DNA of 63,417 nt, counting the filler, from Choristocarpus tenellus KU-1152 (Eukaryota > Protista > Phaeophyceae), in assembly GCA_964200185.2 (NCBI GenBank). It is 7 parts of 7 records of this genome, joined end to end, with 100 filler letters (N's around TTAATTAATTAA, not from the genome) between each part and the next. Parts side by side here need not be neighbours in the genome. Positions count along the whole stretch, not along the records: positions 1 to 26,672 come from CAXNAD020000166.1; 6 more parts are not named here. One strand, 5' to 3'. The translations under genes and the position numbers were made by a program. Under the pieces are notes generated by a model that worked only from the letters and a program-made list of their open reading frames with translations, did not search any database and was not told the DNA's origin. This document shows, in pieces, positions 1-13,400 of the stretch. How positions within the stretch are numbered: position 1 is the first letter of the stretch; each line of letters starts with the position of its first letter.

Positions 1-1360
1 TGGCCACCAACTGTGCTGTTCGAGAACCCAGTCCACGTTACCCAGTTACATTGAACATCGGCCGACCCAACATTACCAATGTTATTAAGGAAATCATGAC
101 CCCAACATTTGATGTGGAGGATCCAATAGATGATGTTAGCAGCAAATCTGGGGTGAGTAATAGTTCAAGGTTACTGTGGAATGGGGCCAAAGTTATGTTT
201 TCGTTGTGCTGTGGACTCTATTTTACTGACTATCATATATACAAAAGAAAGGTGTTATGTGAACCTGGGAAGATAAACAAAATATTATGGAGTGAACTTT
301 GGACTAGATCTTAGGATATGAAAGCAGATGGAACATAAGCTATGGTGAAGTGAACTTGCTCAAGACCAGGTAGACTTCAATTACCATATATTCAATACAT
401 GACTATTGGCACCAATCATACTTTAGCACAAATCCGTCTTTGTACTTCATTTGCCCTGTTAAACTCCCACTCCACAGGGGAATCATGCGGGTCGTCGTGA
501 TCGGGTGAAGAGATACTTGGCTAAGGCGGATTCAAGCCTCAAAAGGGCCGTTCAGGTAAGGAACCCACCGTTAAGTAGCCACGCCAGAGCACGGGAAAAC
601 TCCGATTGTGAGCATTTCCCCCTCTCTTTTCACAGATGTTTACTTTTCACCACTGCTGGGCCATATATATGCTTCAAGTGTGTTGATACGCTGTTGAATG
701 TCTGTGAGGAGCGACTTTGACTCGCACGACCAATGAATATATCTTACAAGCACCTGGGAATGGGAGCATTCCTGACACAGAAAGAGTACAAAAAACCTAT
801 ACCAAAACTCACACAATCAACTTGTTGTTTTGATATACCTCCCTAAAACTATAGACCACAGGGAAAGATTTCAAAGGCCACTCTCTGGACTCTCATACTG
901 GCAAGCACCAGCTGCCTTGGATGGTCATATACTGCGGAGCAAACCCTAAGGTTGAACAGGTATGTTTGTACCTAATCCACATAATTTGAAGTGGTTGTCG
1001 TCATGCCAAAGAATGAAGGCTTTGCTTCACACTCGAGAGGGGCAAGTTTGCTATTTCTGGTAGTATGAGTTAAGGAGTCCACTACCTTGCTTGATTCCTT
1101 TTGTTGACCATCTCGAAGTATCTCCAGCAGTTGTTTAGATTTTATCAGGTTTGTCACAGAACGAGAGATCATGCATCCTTTCCCGAGATTCCTCTGAGAC
1201 ACTATCACGCAAATGGAAGATTGACTAACTCGTTTTGTAAATTCGTAATGTCCCACAGCTGATGTACTCCCTTCTGATACCCCATGTACTCAAGGACATT
1301 GCCTCTGTCTGTGGCGAACTCGGAGTGGAGTGGACGAAAGAATACTTTGGAGCATGGTGA
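1..1360 (+). CDS. Ferric reductase/NADPH oxidase family protein, paralog A, last four exons (5' part outside window)
   Basis: Exons <1-152, 478-555, 855-959 and 1295-1360 have GT/AG ends. They encode ...YPVTLNIGRPNITNVIKEI..., GNHAGRRDRVKRYLAK..., ...QLPWMVIYCGANPKVEQ and DIASVCGELGVEWTKEYFGAW*. GRPN, YCG and ExF are FRE/NOX NADPH-domain motifs. Exons match copy B one for one, with many synonymous differences. Confidence 0.9.
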
Positions 1361-1878
1361 AAGTACCGACATGGAATGGCAGGCATGAAAGCGCTCAATC
1401 AATGGCGCTTACTGCCTCGATTTTGACCATCCATTCGAAACGAAACTTGGGGCATATTGAGCTGAAGGGATAAAGAAAACAGAGTTGATGGCCTAGTAAT
1501 AGAACCAGACCCTCACTCTCCCGAACAATGCCAAGGTTGTAGCTTATTTAGTAGGTAGAAGAATGTAGAACATAGATGTGGATGAAGCCTTTTCGGTCCT
1601 GTTCGACTGTGGAAAAATATCTCACTCGAGAGTACCTTCTCGTAGTAGGGTAGTTGGCGAGATGGAGCTCTTCATGCCCAGTCAGCATGAAGGTGTGGAT
1701 AAAAGATTAATGTGTGAAGAGTTAGAACGGTGCATACTAGGTGAAACGAACAGCATGATGGTGTGCTCTCTCGACATGAGGTAGGACACATCTGTCCGTC
1801 CATCTCCCCCCCTCCTTGGAGGGTATAAAGCCTATTAGGTTTTGGTGTTTATTGGAGAGTTACAGCACTGGAGTATTG

Positions 1879-1915
1879 GCCTCCAGCATTAGCCTCCAGC
1901 ATTAGCCTCCAGAAT
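1879..1915. repeat. 13-bp tandem repeat (GCCTCCAGCATTA), about 3 copies
   Basis: Read directly from the sequence. Confidence 0.85.
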
Positions 1916-2929
1916 GTACATGTTTTGTAGTGTATAGTCGTTCTGCAGTGTATTTAGTAGGTGTTGTGAATTGCTTGCTATATAAGATACGTTGAGGACA
2001 AATATCAGGGAGGATAAGTGTGGAGGCCAGGAGCTGCATTGTTTTTAATCACTTACACACTGTGGAAATCTTTGAACTAAAGATCCAGAGTTTTGGAGCT
2101 CTAGAGACAGAGCTTTGCACTTTTGTTTTTTTTGTACATTCTTTCGTTGTTCTGTGTAACATTTCTTGCTGGTCGTCTAGGTTAATCTTGTGAGTTTCTG
2201 CCTGCTTGGAGGAAAACGTAAAGGAAGAGGACAAGAAGAAAACCTGATTTTAAATGACCGTCGTTGAGCTCCGTGGCATGAATATCGAGAGACAGAGCTT
2301 CTATCTTGACTAATGATTCTTGACATGTCTTCTTCTTCTCGTGTGTAAACCTTTATAGTAGGTTTTGGGTTGTTGGGTGTTGTGGGTTGTGTGCTTCGAG
2401 ATGTTGTGGATGGCGTAGCAAAGAGTCCAAGAAAATTGACTCAAACGCTAATTTAGAGCTCTACGACTTGTTTGTAGTATCCAGGAAAAAAAAAATTGGG
2501 GTGTTTAATACGCGAGGTCACCCCTAGTACATACACGTATATACTTGAAATCGGGTTTTGGTCCTAAATGGACGCGTGTACGTCAAAAAGTGAAATCACT
2601 GAGCCTTCTCGTGCTCACACCACCCACTTGCAAGGAAACCACCTCGAGAAAGAGGTTCACAACACCCTTGGCATGTGTTCGTACGAATATTATTCGCGAA
2701 GGTAAGTGTAGTCATACACATATCAAGCACACACCATCCTATCACTCGTATATTCTTACACTCAGAAACATTCTGAAGAGGCTACCATGTGTGAGAAAGA
2801 AGAAACATGAAGTTTAGAAAACAACAAAAACAACAGTAGTAGTGTCTGAGAAAGAAGGAACACTAGTTGAAGAATGTAACACCCTCATAGTAAAAGTCTA
2901 TCATATACACCAATTCATTGAATTCCTTT

Positions 2930-3770
2930 AATATTCATGCTGTGGCTGGAACATTGGCAGAGAGTGGGGGGATAAGAGATGAGGGGTGGTTATATAGGAT
3001 ATCGTAACATGCTGAAACATTGGTGAAGTGTATGTCGGAGATGACAAGCAAATGCAAAAAATCGAATGGAAATTTGTGGTGGTTACACAGGGCAAGGTAT
3101 GAGGTGTGTTTACTTTGTAAGAGGTGAGGAATGATAGTAGTGTGTCATGTTGCTCATGTAACATTGTTGTGTGTAGGGGAAATAAGTGATGGGGAGGATT
3201 AAGGTCGTTTGGAAACTGTTCCTGTGACATTGGTCGAGTGTGGGGTGGGAATATGAGACGAGGAGAAATGACAGTGTGTTATTCACTCCGGGAATATTGT
3301 TGGCGAGAGGTGTGGGAGAAGTAAGAGACGAGGCAATAAAACAGATGTAAATTCGTAGGGGTGACACAAGGCAAGATATCGAGGTGTGGTCACTTCGTAA
3401 GAGGTGGGAACTTGATACTGTGTGTGGTACAATTCATGTAACATTGGTGAAGTGTAAGGGAATTTAACAGATGAGGAGTGTTCACATATCGTGTCATGTT
3501 GTGTTTGTAATATTGCAAAGTTTTGGTGAGGAATAAGAGATGAGTGATAATAGTGTGTTGTAATGTTCCCTGAACATTGTTGATGAAGGGTGGAGGGGTA
3601 AGAAAACAAGGCGAAAACGCGTGTAAATTCGTAGCAGTGACACAATGCGTGGTATGAGGTGCGGTCACTTTGTAATATTTGTGAGGAGGGGCGGCAATTG
3701 ATAATTATCTGTCGTATTTACATTCCTGTAATATTGGTGAAGTGTTGGGGAGTAGAGAAACAAGGGAAAA
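2930..3770. repeat. Degenerate tandem repeat, about 278-bp period with shorter subunits
   Basis: The block (G)ACACA.GGCAAG.TATGAGGTGTG.TCACTT.GTAA recurs near 3084, 3363 and 3639. CATG.AACATTG.TG..GTGT recurs between these. Boundaries are approximate. Confidence 0.7.
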
Positions 3771-4189
3771 AATTAGATAATTTTCCTGTGGGTCCCAGCA
3801 ATGGTATCTGGAAATGTCAAATGTATTTGATGGTACATTTTGCATTTGAGGTAGAAAGATGGCTGAAAATTTGAGGCGAAAATCCATGTTTTCGGAATTC
3901 CAGCCTATTTTTTAAATATTATTCTAGATTACGTTTTTTTTCTTCCTGTGCCCTCAAAAATTTTATGGGGAAAAGGGATTTTTTTCGCGTAACCTCTTCC
4001 TTGCACCTATCTTCCTTCTCCTATGCTGAACTTACTCCTGAGTGCACCACACCACCTGTCCACCTCATCCAACCAAGTCAAGCAACATATCGATTTTAAG
4101 GGGTTGGTCAAGCTGGAGAATGAAGAATCACTTCAGTACTGCGCCACCAAACCTTTTTATGTAAGCACTCTCTTTGTTGCTAATAACAT

Positions 4190-4275
4190 CATCTCTATGA
4201 GATTACTGTTCAAGATGAAACACAGCTCGGATGACACTATTGACAAGCGGAATGCTCGATTGGTGGCAAAGGGTA
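4190..4275 (+). mobile_element. Ty1/copia reverse transcriptase remnant
   Basis: LLFKMKHSSDDTIDKRNARLVAKG matches the copia RT N-terminal consensus WVFKxKxxxDGxIxRYKARLVAKG. Confidence 0.75.
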
Positions 4276-5191
4276 TAGGTGCACCCTTCAACCTGGCATT
4301 GATATCTATAACACCAATGCGCACATTGTATATTGCAAGGACAGGTGTGTTGTGTCTGGGGTTTTCTTCCCTCCTTCTTGTTGAAATAGATGCTATTTGG
4401 CAGGATTTCCCAAGATGATAAGCCTCACCCAGAAACATCAACCAACAAAGTAGTTCTGCGTAACATGAAGTTTGCTTTGATTCAATACACATACTGGCAC
4501 ACTTTGTTGCTAGAAAACACTATTTGTGTAAAAAACATGCGAAGAGGAGAAGAAAGAAAATGAAAAAGAATGTAAGAGAAGAAGCCTTCCAAGAAATCGG
4601 GTTTTGGTAGACAATAGTAGTAGAAATAAATGATGGGTGTGCTGATATATTTTTTTAATTCTGTGATGTTTATTTATGTATCACATATGTATTGAGGTGT
4701 TTTTTGACCATACCTCATGATACTTCGAATAGTACATACAAATACCTCATAGTAGTACAGTATTAGTAATGTTCACATACACATATCTGTCCAAAAATAT
4801 CATATCCAACTGATATTTAATGAGTCAATACTGGGGCACCGATATCGACTTTCTCCACTTTCACTCCTACTACTAGTGGTATACAAGGTACAAGTTGTGT
4901 TGAGTGAGGTGATCAGACCTCAACTGTGATGTGGGAACACTTGAAAAACCACTCAATCTAACCTATAGAGCGCACAGAATCTCGTCCTGTTTCGCCTTCA
5001 CATTATACATTGCTGGTCAAGAGTGGATAGTGACCGATACGTTGTTCTCTCCACAACAAAGTGGGGTGATTACTTGGAAGACGCAAGGATCGAGGAATGT
5101 GGCATTCGATCCATCATTGGTTTTATTCTTATCCTTATGACGTACAATTGATTGCCACGCGTTCGAAGTGACTCAAGAGTAATCCTGAGAG

Positions 5192-8100
5192 ATGCAAGCT
5201 TTGTGGCGAAAGCTGGGCCTCTTACTACAACTTATGGTCGTGGGGAACGCAGCACCGATTTCAAAGGGTACCAGTCTTGTCGTGGTGACAGGTGCAAGCT
5301 CAGGTATGGTCCACGTATGGTCCACATATCTTGTCGTAGTGTTTTTCTCCCAGCTGCCCGGGACATGACGGACGTGATATGAATGCATGGCAGGCATCGG
5401 CAAGGAGTGTGCAAGACGATTGGCGAACATGGAGGGCTATGCTGTCATCTTGGCTTGCAGGCAAGTAAATGCCCTCTCTTGGAAGGGTCATGCCACCACC
5501 TGCCCTTCCCATGAATCCTCCTTGTAGTCTGCTGTCAATGATCTTTTTCTCACTCGCAATTGTGGGGGCATTTTTTCAGGGACATGTCCGCTTGCTGCAA
5601 AGCTGCTGATGAGATCGTCCGTACGAATCCTGGAGCTGAAGTCGAATGCTGTCCCTTGGACCTTTCCTCTTTCTCATCGGTGCGAGACTTTTCCCGGACA
5701 TCGATAGGGGGTCGGAGTGTGGCTGCCATTGTCCACAATGCTGGGGTCATGGCATGCCCCTGTGAGATCACAGGCGACGGTCACGAGATCACATTTCAGG
5801 TACAGTTTTCACGACGTGGTGGCACTGAATTTCTCGCGTTGCCGTACTTAGCTTTTCAATATGTCGGCGTATCAATGAAAATCCTACGTATTGTCTTGGT
5901 TTCAACAGTGTAATATGGGGCATCAGCGTGGAATATCAACCCATTCTCCGTTGTATTAATGTGAGAAAGCTTCACCTTGTATCCACAAGTAGAGTGAGTA
6001 TCAATAATGGCAAAAGCTCAATCCTATTTTAAGCATATCATCTTGTACCTCGTCTCCCTTGTCACGTATGAGCTCTTCATATCCCAGTGTTATCTCAGTT
6101 CACCTTTTCCCTACCTTGCCTTCCGCTGCGTTTACTACCGCACTCACCAGGTGAACCACTTGGCCCCCTTTCTACTTACGAACCTTCTCATGCCCAACCT
6201 GAAGCGCTGCTACAGAGGTAAGATAGTGAAGCTATAGGTATTCAAAAATGGTTGCAACCATAGCAGACTATATCAGTTGTCTGACCTACTTCAACCTGCA
6301 TGAGTTGACCAACCTCTTCGTGAGTTTGCAATAAGCGATAGTGTAGCCATCTCTTAAAATGTTTCTCCTTGTGAGACCCTATCAACTCCCTAGAGTTTAT
6401 TTTATGCCAAATACTGTTGCACTATCCAAAGAACACAAGAAGGCCACATACCACAGCCTTCAGCGTTCCCTTAAGAGTCCTTGACCTTTTGAGGTTTCCA
6501 GGATTACCATTCTGCCCCTCCCCCCACCAGCTCCTCTCCCAATCTCCCCTCCTACTATGCATGAGTAGAAACAGGAAAGCCTTCAAGGGTGATAATTGTT
6601 TCGAGCGGGGCACATAGGTGGGGGAGGGCACCCAACCACAGCCAACTTGATGAGATTAGCCTCGCCGCAATTGAAGACCAAAGCCTACTGTGGGGAGGAG
6701 AGCGTATGGGACGCTATTCACGTTGGTGTGCATATGCCAACAGTAAGCTCTACAATGTTCTGTATGCTGCAGAGCTGGATCGCCGCTATGGTAGGAAGCA
6801 GGGAGTCATGGGTATGGCTGTTCGGCCAGGGATGGTACGGACAGGAATAGCGCGACACAGCCCTACTCTGGGTCTATTTCTGCACCTGTTTGAGTCATTG
6901 CTCACTCCAGTAGAGGAGGTGAGAACATAGAGCATGCACTGAGTTATGGATGGGGGGAGAGTTGGGAGGTGGAGGAGAGATCTGTGGAGTTTCAGAGTAC
7001 TTTTGTGGATTTGCTTTGCCTGCTGCATACTGTCAATGTCTTCTGTGGTTGCTTTTTTTGAGGAGATAAAATAAGGCCTAGTGATCGCCTGATGCTTAGC
7101 TTGGTATAATAGCGAAGCATTCTATGAAGAAAGGTTGGTATTCTAGACTAGAGTATTGAAGGGGGCATACAATTTTCAGTCCTTGTTAAATTAACAGCTT
7201 GTTTAGAGGCAAAGTATCAAATTGGTTGCACCCAACTCCGAGTGGCCAAGGTCTGGAACAGATCCTGGCAGTTTACTGAGATTACTTATATACTTTGTCC
7301 CCTTTGCATTCCTAATAATCATGCAGCAAGGCATTGACCAGTTCGTAGTTGAGGCTGGATCCTTAATATTTGACAGCCCTGAACCGATCCTTTAAGAATA
7401 TCGTGGTATAAGGCCTAGCGGCTGAACGTCTTTGCTGAAGCATTTCAAGCCCCTGTTATCGAATAGTGGTACAAGGCAGTGAAGGGCCAAAGGACTGGGT
7501 GCTTAGACCAACCTCATTCAACTATATATGACTGCCCTTAGCCTGCCCTGACAAGACTAAATATTGATAAAAGCCCAAGCCTTGGGAAGGGTCGTCTACA
7601 TTTGCTGACCTGATGAATAGCCCTGGTAACCACCACAAGTCCTGACTCCTATTACTTGGATCCTCAAGCCCAATCTCAGTGAGGGATTTTTTTTATAACT
7701 TGTGCTCGAAATTGAATTGGGTGTGTGTGGGTTTTTTGTCTCGGAGAGAGTCAGTCCCTCAGTGGTGGTGGATGATTACCAGGTGTTACCAGGATTTGAA
7801 ATTCTAAAGGACGGTGGGCGAGGATTCCGATGCAGAACAACTGAGACTTGACTGTGAGAGTTTGCGTGCACAAGAGAGTGAAGAGGCACCAAGATTGCCT
7901 CTCAGGAGACCTCAGGAGAAGAGTTGAGGGTAATACCTTTAGTGTGGCTTGATATTCCTTCATGGGAAGAAGTATCAGGCTATGGTATGCCTTTCCATGC
8001 ATAGGAAAACCTAGATTTACTGACTGAGACAGGAAGAAAGATATCCAAATGATCAGCTCCTTGTGTACAGGGCTGGCCGAGAGGATAACCTGTGGACGCC

Positions 8101-10449
8101 CTGATTGGCCAACCTATACTATTGTCGAGGCGCTTTGTGCATGGGGAGCTTAGTAACTGTTTATTTATTTCTTGCAAGGCTGGTGCTGCTGTTTGCACAT
8201 TCCCCAATCTCCCGTCTGGGGTGGCTTAAGGCCTCAATTTGTGAAAAAGAACACTGATTTGGTGGGACAATGCTTTTGTTCAAGACTCTCGAGGAATGTC
8301 CTATTTGTTGTGGAGTCCTACGGCCCTTGAACAGCAGAGGCAAGCAACCAAAGGGTTGATTTTCTTTTTTCAGGGTGGTAAGAACATTGTACAGTACTGG
8401 AGTAGGTCTGAAGTCGATCCCTTGCCTTCCAGTTTAATGCATAAAGGAATCCCACATAGGATCGTATGGTCATTGGTGTGAAGGGGATGTTTCAGTCTGT
8501 ATGACCCTTGGCCATCTCTCATGGTATATGAATTTTGAGGGTATGAGAATCACTAGTAATGCATGGATATGAGGCAATTTTTTGAGGGGGTGGAATACCT
8601 GTGTGACTGATTTGTATTTTGGTTTGTGATTTGGAATCAGGGAGGAAGACCCTATGTGTTGGTATGGTGGTTGTCATATCTTCCTCGCCTTCGAATGTCT
8701 CACTTTCACTTTTTTAATGATTTACAATTTGTATCGAACTTGAAGTGAAAATGCATTGATATAATATACTTTTTACTCCACTATGCTGCACGTTAAAAAA
8801 ATCAATCAAAAGTGAAAAATTGCCTTTTTAATTGCTGGCTGAGTATGGCAAAAAAAAGAAAGAATGTATGTTCGAAAGATTGCAATATATTGGGAGGCAA
8901 TGAAATGTGGAAATTCAACCTTTTGAGATGATTGATCGAAGACGTCAACTATATCGTGAGTAAAGGAACATAGCTCAGCGGACTGCTGGAGAAACCTGAA
9001 ATTCTGGAATTTCACCTGAGTAATAAATCAAAGGTCTGTGGAGTGGCATAACACCGTGCATTTACCCCGAATGGTACAATGATTCGCCCATATACCGTCA
9101 GCAGTATAATTCTTAGTCAAAGTCATACCGTCGAATGTACCGAAAACCTGTTTTATAGTGCTGACCTACACAGAGACATTTCCTCTCTGGTGTCAAATCA
9201 TTATCAGAACATTCTTCAGGTATGTGTAGCGTCACCCTGCATGTATGTCATTACTAGTCCTCTCCATAGGTCTAGTTTGTGGGTACCTTGGTAGAAGATC
9301 GTGTTATGACAGAAGTGCCCAAATGGTGTGTTTTGGTGTGGTGCCCAGTCAATTCGAGGAGAGGAGGAAGCAAGCACACCAAGTTGCAATGATGTTGTGG
9401 TTGCTGCAACCATTTTCTTGAATTGATGTGCTTTTTTTCATGTGGGCTCAAGTGCTAGGGGAAATTCTTTACTTTTTTTTTATTGAGCTCAGATAGTGTA
9501 ACAAATTAGACATACCAAAATGCACATTTGTAACAACCGCAGCAGCTGTCTTAGAAAAAAGAAAAACACTCTTAACGTGAACCAGGTGCACTCAACAACC
9601 CCTGTTGATCTGAAAAAATAGAACAATTTGAGTAATCGATGCCAGATAAGTACTTGAGGTTCTTGGCGGGGCTGATTGTAGTGATTGTATTGCAGTAATT
9701 GTATTGGGTAAAACCTCCTTCAACTACCGGGTGTCCCCATGAGCACCAATGTGTATGGCAGTACAAATTTTACTCTTTTTTTGGCATGAATGAACTACTT
9801 GGGAGTAGAATATGACCTCAATGCTTCCGAGCCTCTCGGCCTTACAAATTTCTACGCAAGATGGCAGTAGACAGCACAGCCCACTAAGTTTGAGTACTCA
9901 TTCTGAATGTGTCCTCTCTGGTGATGATACGGGACTATCCTTTGCTGTGGTTTGTTGGTGTAGGGAGAGGGTCTCATGTGGAGTGGGAGAGAGAAGTTGC
10001 AACAGAGTTACTCTGATGTGTGTCACACCAACCACAATCTGCCAGAAATCGACTGTGCATTTATCGAAAATCCTCCCTGCTGCTGAAAGCATCATTTGTC
10101 CTCAAACACAAGCCGTGCTCCAAGTTCACATGTTTGGTAGTATCTGTTCAAATCTTACTCTCTCGCATCTCAACACCAGGTATGCACTCACATTCATACA
10201 TGGGATATACGTAGGGCGAAAGAACGCTCATGCGCTGTTCCCCATCCATCTCTTCCACCTCGTTTTTTTCTGTCCTGGTACAAGGCTGCAGGGGCAATAG
10301 TACATGCGGTGACGGCTCCAGATGTAGTCGCAGGGGGCTATTACGATCTTCTGAAATTAAAACGTCCCAGCTCAATTGCACAGGACAGCTCTCTACAGAG
10401 GACTCTTTGGGAAGCATCAGAGCGGATGACGGAATCCTTTTTGGACTAG
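5192..10449 (+). CDS. Short-chain dehydrogenase/reductase, retinol dehydrogenase 11-14/WWOX-like, about 324 aa, 6 exons
   Basis: Exons 5192-5303, 5394-5460, 5580-5799, 6151-6217, 6575-6918 and 10285-10449 (975 nt). Motifs: VVVTGASSGIG, VILACR, LDLSS, HNAG, FQVNHL, IIVSSGAH, catalytic YANSK, VRPGMVRT and C-terminal LWEASERM. The N-terminus is hydrophobic. Intron 2 has a GC donor. Confidence 0.92.
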
Positions 10450-13400
10450 GCAAGAGATGCGAGTTCAGTAGTACGAGAAGCAATCTATTCCATTACATCA
10501 GTGGCACAGTGTGTTTGCAGGTGTAGTCTTGTTTGAAGAGGGCCCCTTCTTTTCTATTTTTATGAAATGTTTTTTGTTTTTGTTTTTTTGGCTGGTGCTC
10601 GGTTTGTTGTATAATAGTATGCGATTGACTCAACAAGTTGTTTAGAAAATGTCAATTGCCTAGGCACACCACTCCGCACCAAACCAGTGCTTCTTCTTTT
10701 CGTTCCCTTTATTGTTGTTGTCATCATGTGTGTCTGGGTTCGTAAAAGATAGGATTTTTCTTTCGTTGGAAACTGGTTTGTTCAGTATTTGACAGATTGT
10801 TTTTGGGAAAACTCATGACGTTCTTGGTAGTCATACTTCCCCTATTCAAGAGTCCCAACTCTCAGGGAGCAAAAGGGTCATAGCTGTTTGAGGATGCCTG
10901 GAAGTATGACTGTGCTTTGTCTTTGAGCATGAGCCCCATGCAGTTCAGCTGAAAAAGTAGTGAAATTGAAGTAGGCACACTGGGGACCTCAAGATTGATT
11001 ATTGACGACGGAATTGCAACCCAACATACACTTCATATGTCCTTAAAATGTAGAAGGAATTGCAAGGGGACTGGGTGTGACAATAAAATTATTAAATAAT
11101 ATAATTGTTACACAACCATCTGATACTACATGTTCATTAAAATAACAGTATTGTACGCCTTGGACAACATAACATCCTCAATGCCAGCATTGCCCTTGAA
11201 CAATAGGACAAGTTTGACCCATAGCATGTGTTGGTGAGGATAACGCTAAGCGGGGACATATTTTCTCCTTATCATCCATTGTTCGGCTCATGCTCGAGCC
11301 AATTTGCTCTCTTATGTTCTTGCTGTCCAGCGCATGCTTGAGACCATTTGCTCTGTTACGTTTGTTGCCTGACAAAATATTTTGACTCATTTGCTATCAA
11401 GATCCACTAACATCTTATACTCCAGAGTACATAACCTGCAAACGTGATGGGTCTATGTGTATCCAAAGGCATGTACCGACATTTTGCAATGTGAAAGCTC
11501 AACTGTGGGGTGGATAATTTAGATCTTGTCATATCTTTTATCTTTCACATTGATCTGAGGGTGCGTGTGGTCGAAAGATTTAGCAGAGGAAAAGCAATTA
11601 ACTTTTGAAGACAAAAAATCAATTTAGAAACTGGAAAGGAAAAGGGAACGCTTAGTGTAGATCAAAGAGGGGTTAGTCAAACCCCCCAAGACATGTGGCA
11701 CCTTGTCCTGGTCCCACAGAACCAACGCAATCTTGTGGAATCTCTTGAGAGTGTTGTCCTCCTCTGGGTCAAGTTTCGAGACCTCAGCTGGAAGGTTTTC
11801 TGGACCTATCTCCTTTTCATAGTAGGGGAATGCGTGCTGTGTAGGAATGTCTCCAATAGTGAAAGCCAGCATGTAATACTTCTTCAATGCAAATTCTGAT
11901 ATATATTTTTTTCTTCAATTGCTTCATTTTTTTAGTAACTTGAGAGGATCGTGCCCACAAGTTGGGCGTGTCACACAATGGACCAAATGAATCCCCCCAT
12001 TCATTTTTTTGTTTTTTGTTGACAGCTGTATTTTTTTTTCCCCAAAGAGGACGAGTGAACATGCTTTCTTCCTTCAAGGTTAAGGGGAGACTAGTACAGG
12101 TATACCCTCCATTCTAGGTGATCCGTGATCTTTGAGTGGTTCTTGGTTCCTGCCTATAATGAAAATCAAACCAGTCCAAATGGGAACATACTATCAAGAA
12201 TTGAAATTTTGCTTCACCATATTTTTTTTGTTATTTCGTTGGAATTTAGACCTCGTGATAGAGCCAAAAACATAATAGGAGCATGTAGGATTATTTCTGA
12301 CAAGATTGGTGTAAGCACCTGCAAACATTTTGCAAACTCCTAATTTTCAGGGCTAATTTCCATTACTTGCAATAGTGGAGAATCCAGTCTACAGTCTGAA
12401 GTGGTCCCAATATATTTTTGGCCGTATCTAAACTAGTTCTACCAAATATAGGGACCTGTCCACTCGATGGGTGTTCCAATTTTTCTGACACTTCAAGACA
12501 AAGGTCATCAGAGATTTTGCCCTGAAGATGTGGAGACAAGGCTGCTGTCAGTACAAGGATAAAGCAATCTTAGGTTATTTTTTTGTTGTTGCAGGAGGGG
12601 TGAATTATTTGGCTGGAGGAATATATACTAGAAGCACCATTATTGTCATGTCTGTTTGTAAGGAATTAGAACATGTTTTGAACATGCTGGAGAGGTGAAA
12701 TACTCTTATCCATGTCCATCAACGTTTTCTACATTAACGCCCTGGTACCAATATTTTTTGCAGGAGTCGGTCCACCATGCCTGTCAAATGTTTCAGCATG
12801 TCTAGACTGTGGGCCATCCCGTTCCTATGGCTTGTACCCCCCACCCATACGAATGACCTTGAGTATTGAAAATATCTACTTTAAAAATCTGTTTTCCGCA
12901 GGACCTGGCAGTATGTACATGATAGGCTGACTGATCCCAAGTTATGATATACATCAAGAAGGTATGTGTATGTGTATGGTTGGCTAGACCCAATCTCATA
13001 TATATACCCATATACGGGATGTCTGTTGTAAACTCTCAGCAGTCTTTCGTGCCCACTTCATATTTTCCAGGTGTGGTAATGAGAGGGAGAGAAGCAATAT
13101 ACGAGGCAGACAATACATCAAAAACACCAGAGGTTTGTATTGCCAATAATCCAGGAGACCTTCAAAGACACCAACAGTTGGCACAGTATATTTGAACGCA
13201 AGGAACCAGCTCCTTCCACACTAGGAACCTGTACAACTGCATTATTTCTCAAAACCCCAAAACGTATAATGCCACACACAGCTGAAACTGCTCCTACTCT
13301 GGCACTAAAAAGGTGGCCTAGAATCAACGGAAGACTCCCATGACTCAGTCAAGCCCCACCTTGTTCACTGGCCCAGTGTCCCCAGCTAAATAAGCACATT

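Noticed and set aside
7200-8520. Nested gene in the long SDR intron
   Set aside because: Only short stop-interrupted frames without recognisable motifs; probably decayed TE DNA, which I could not classify.
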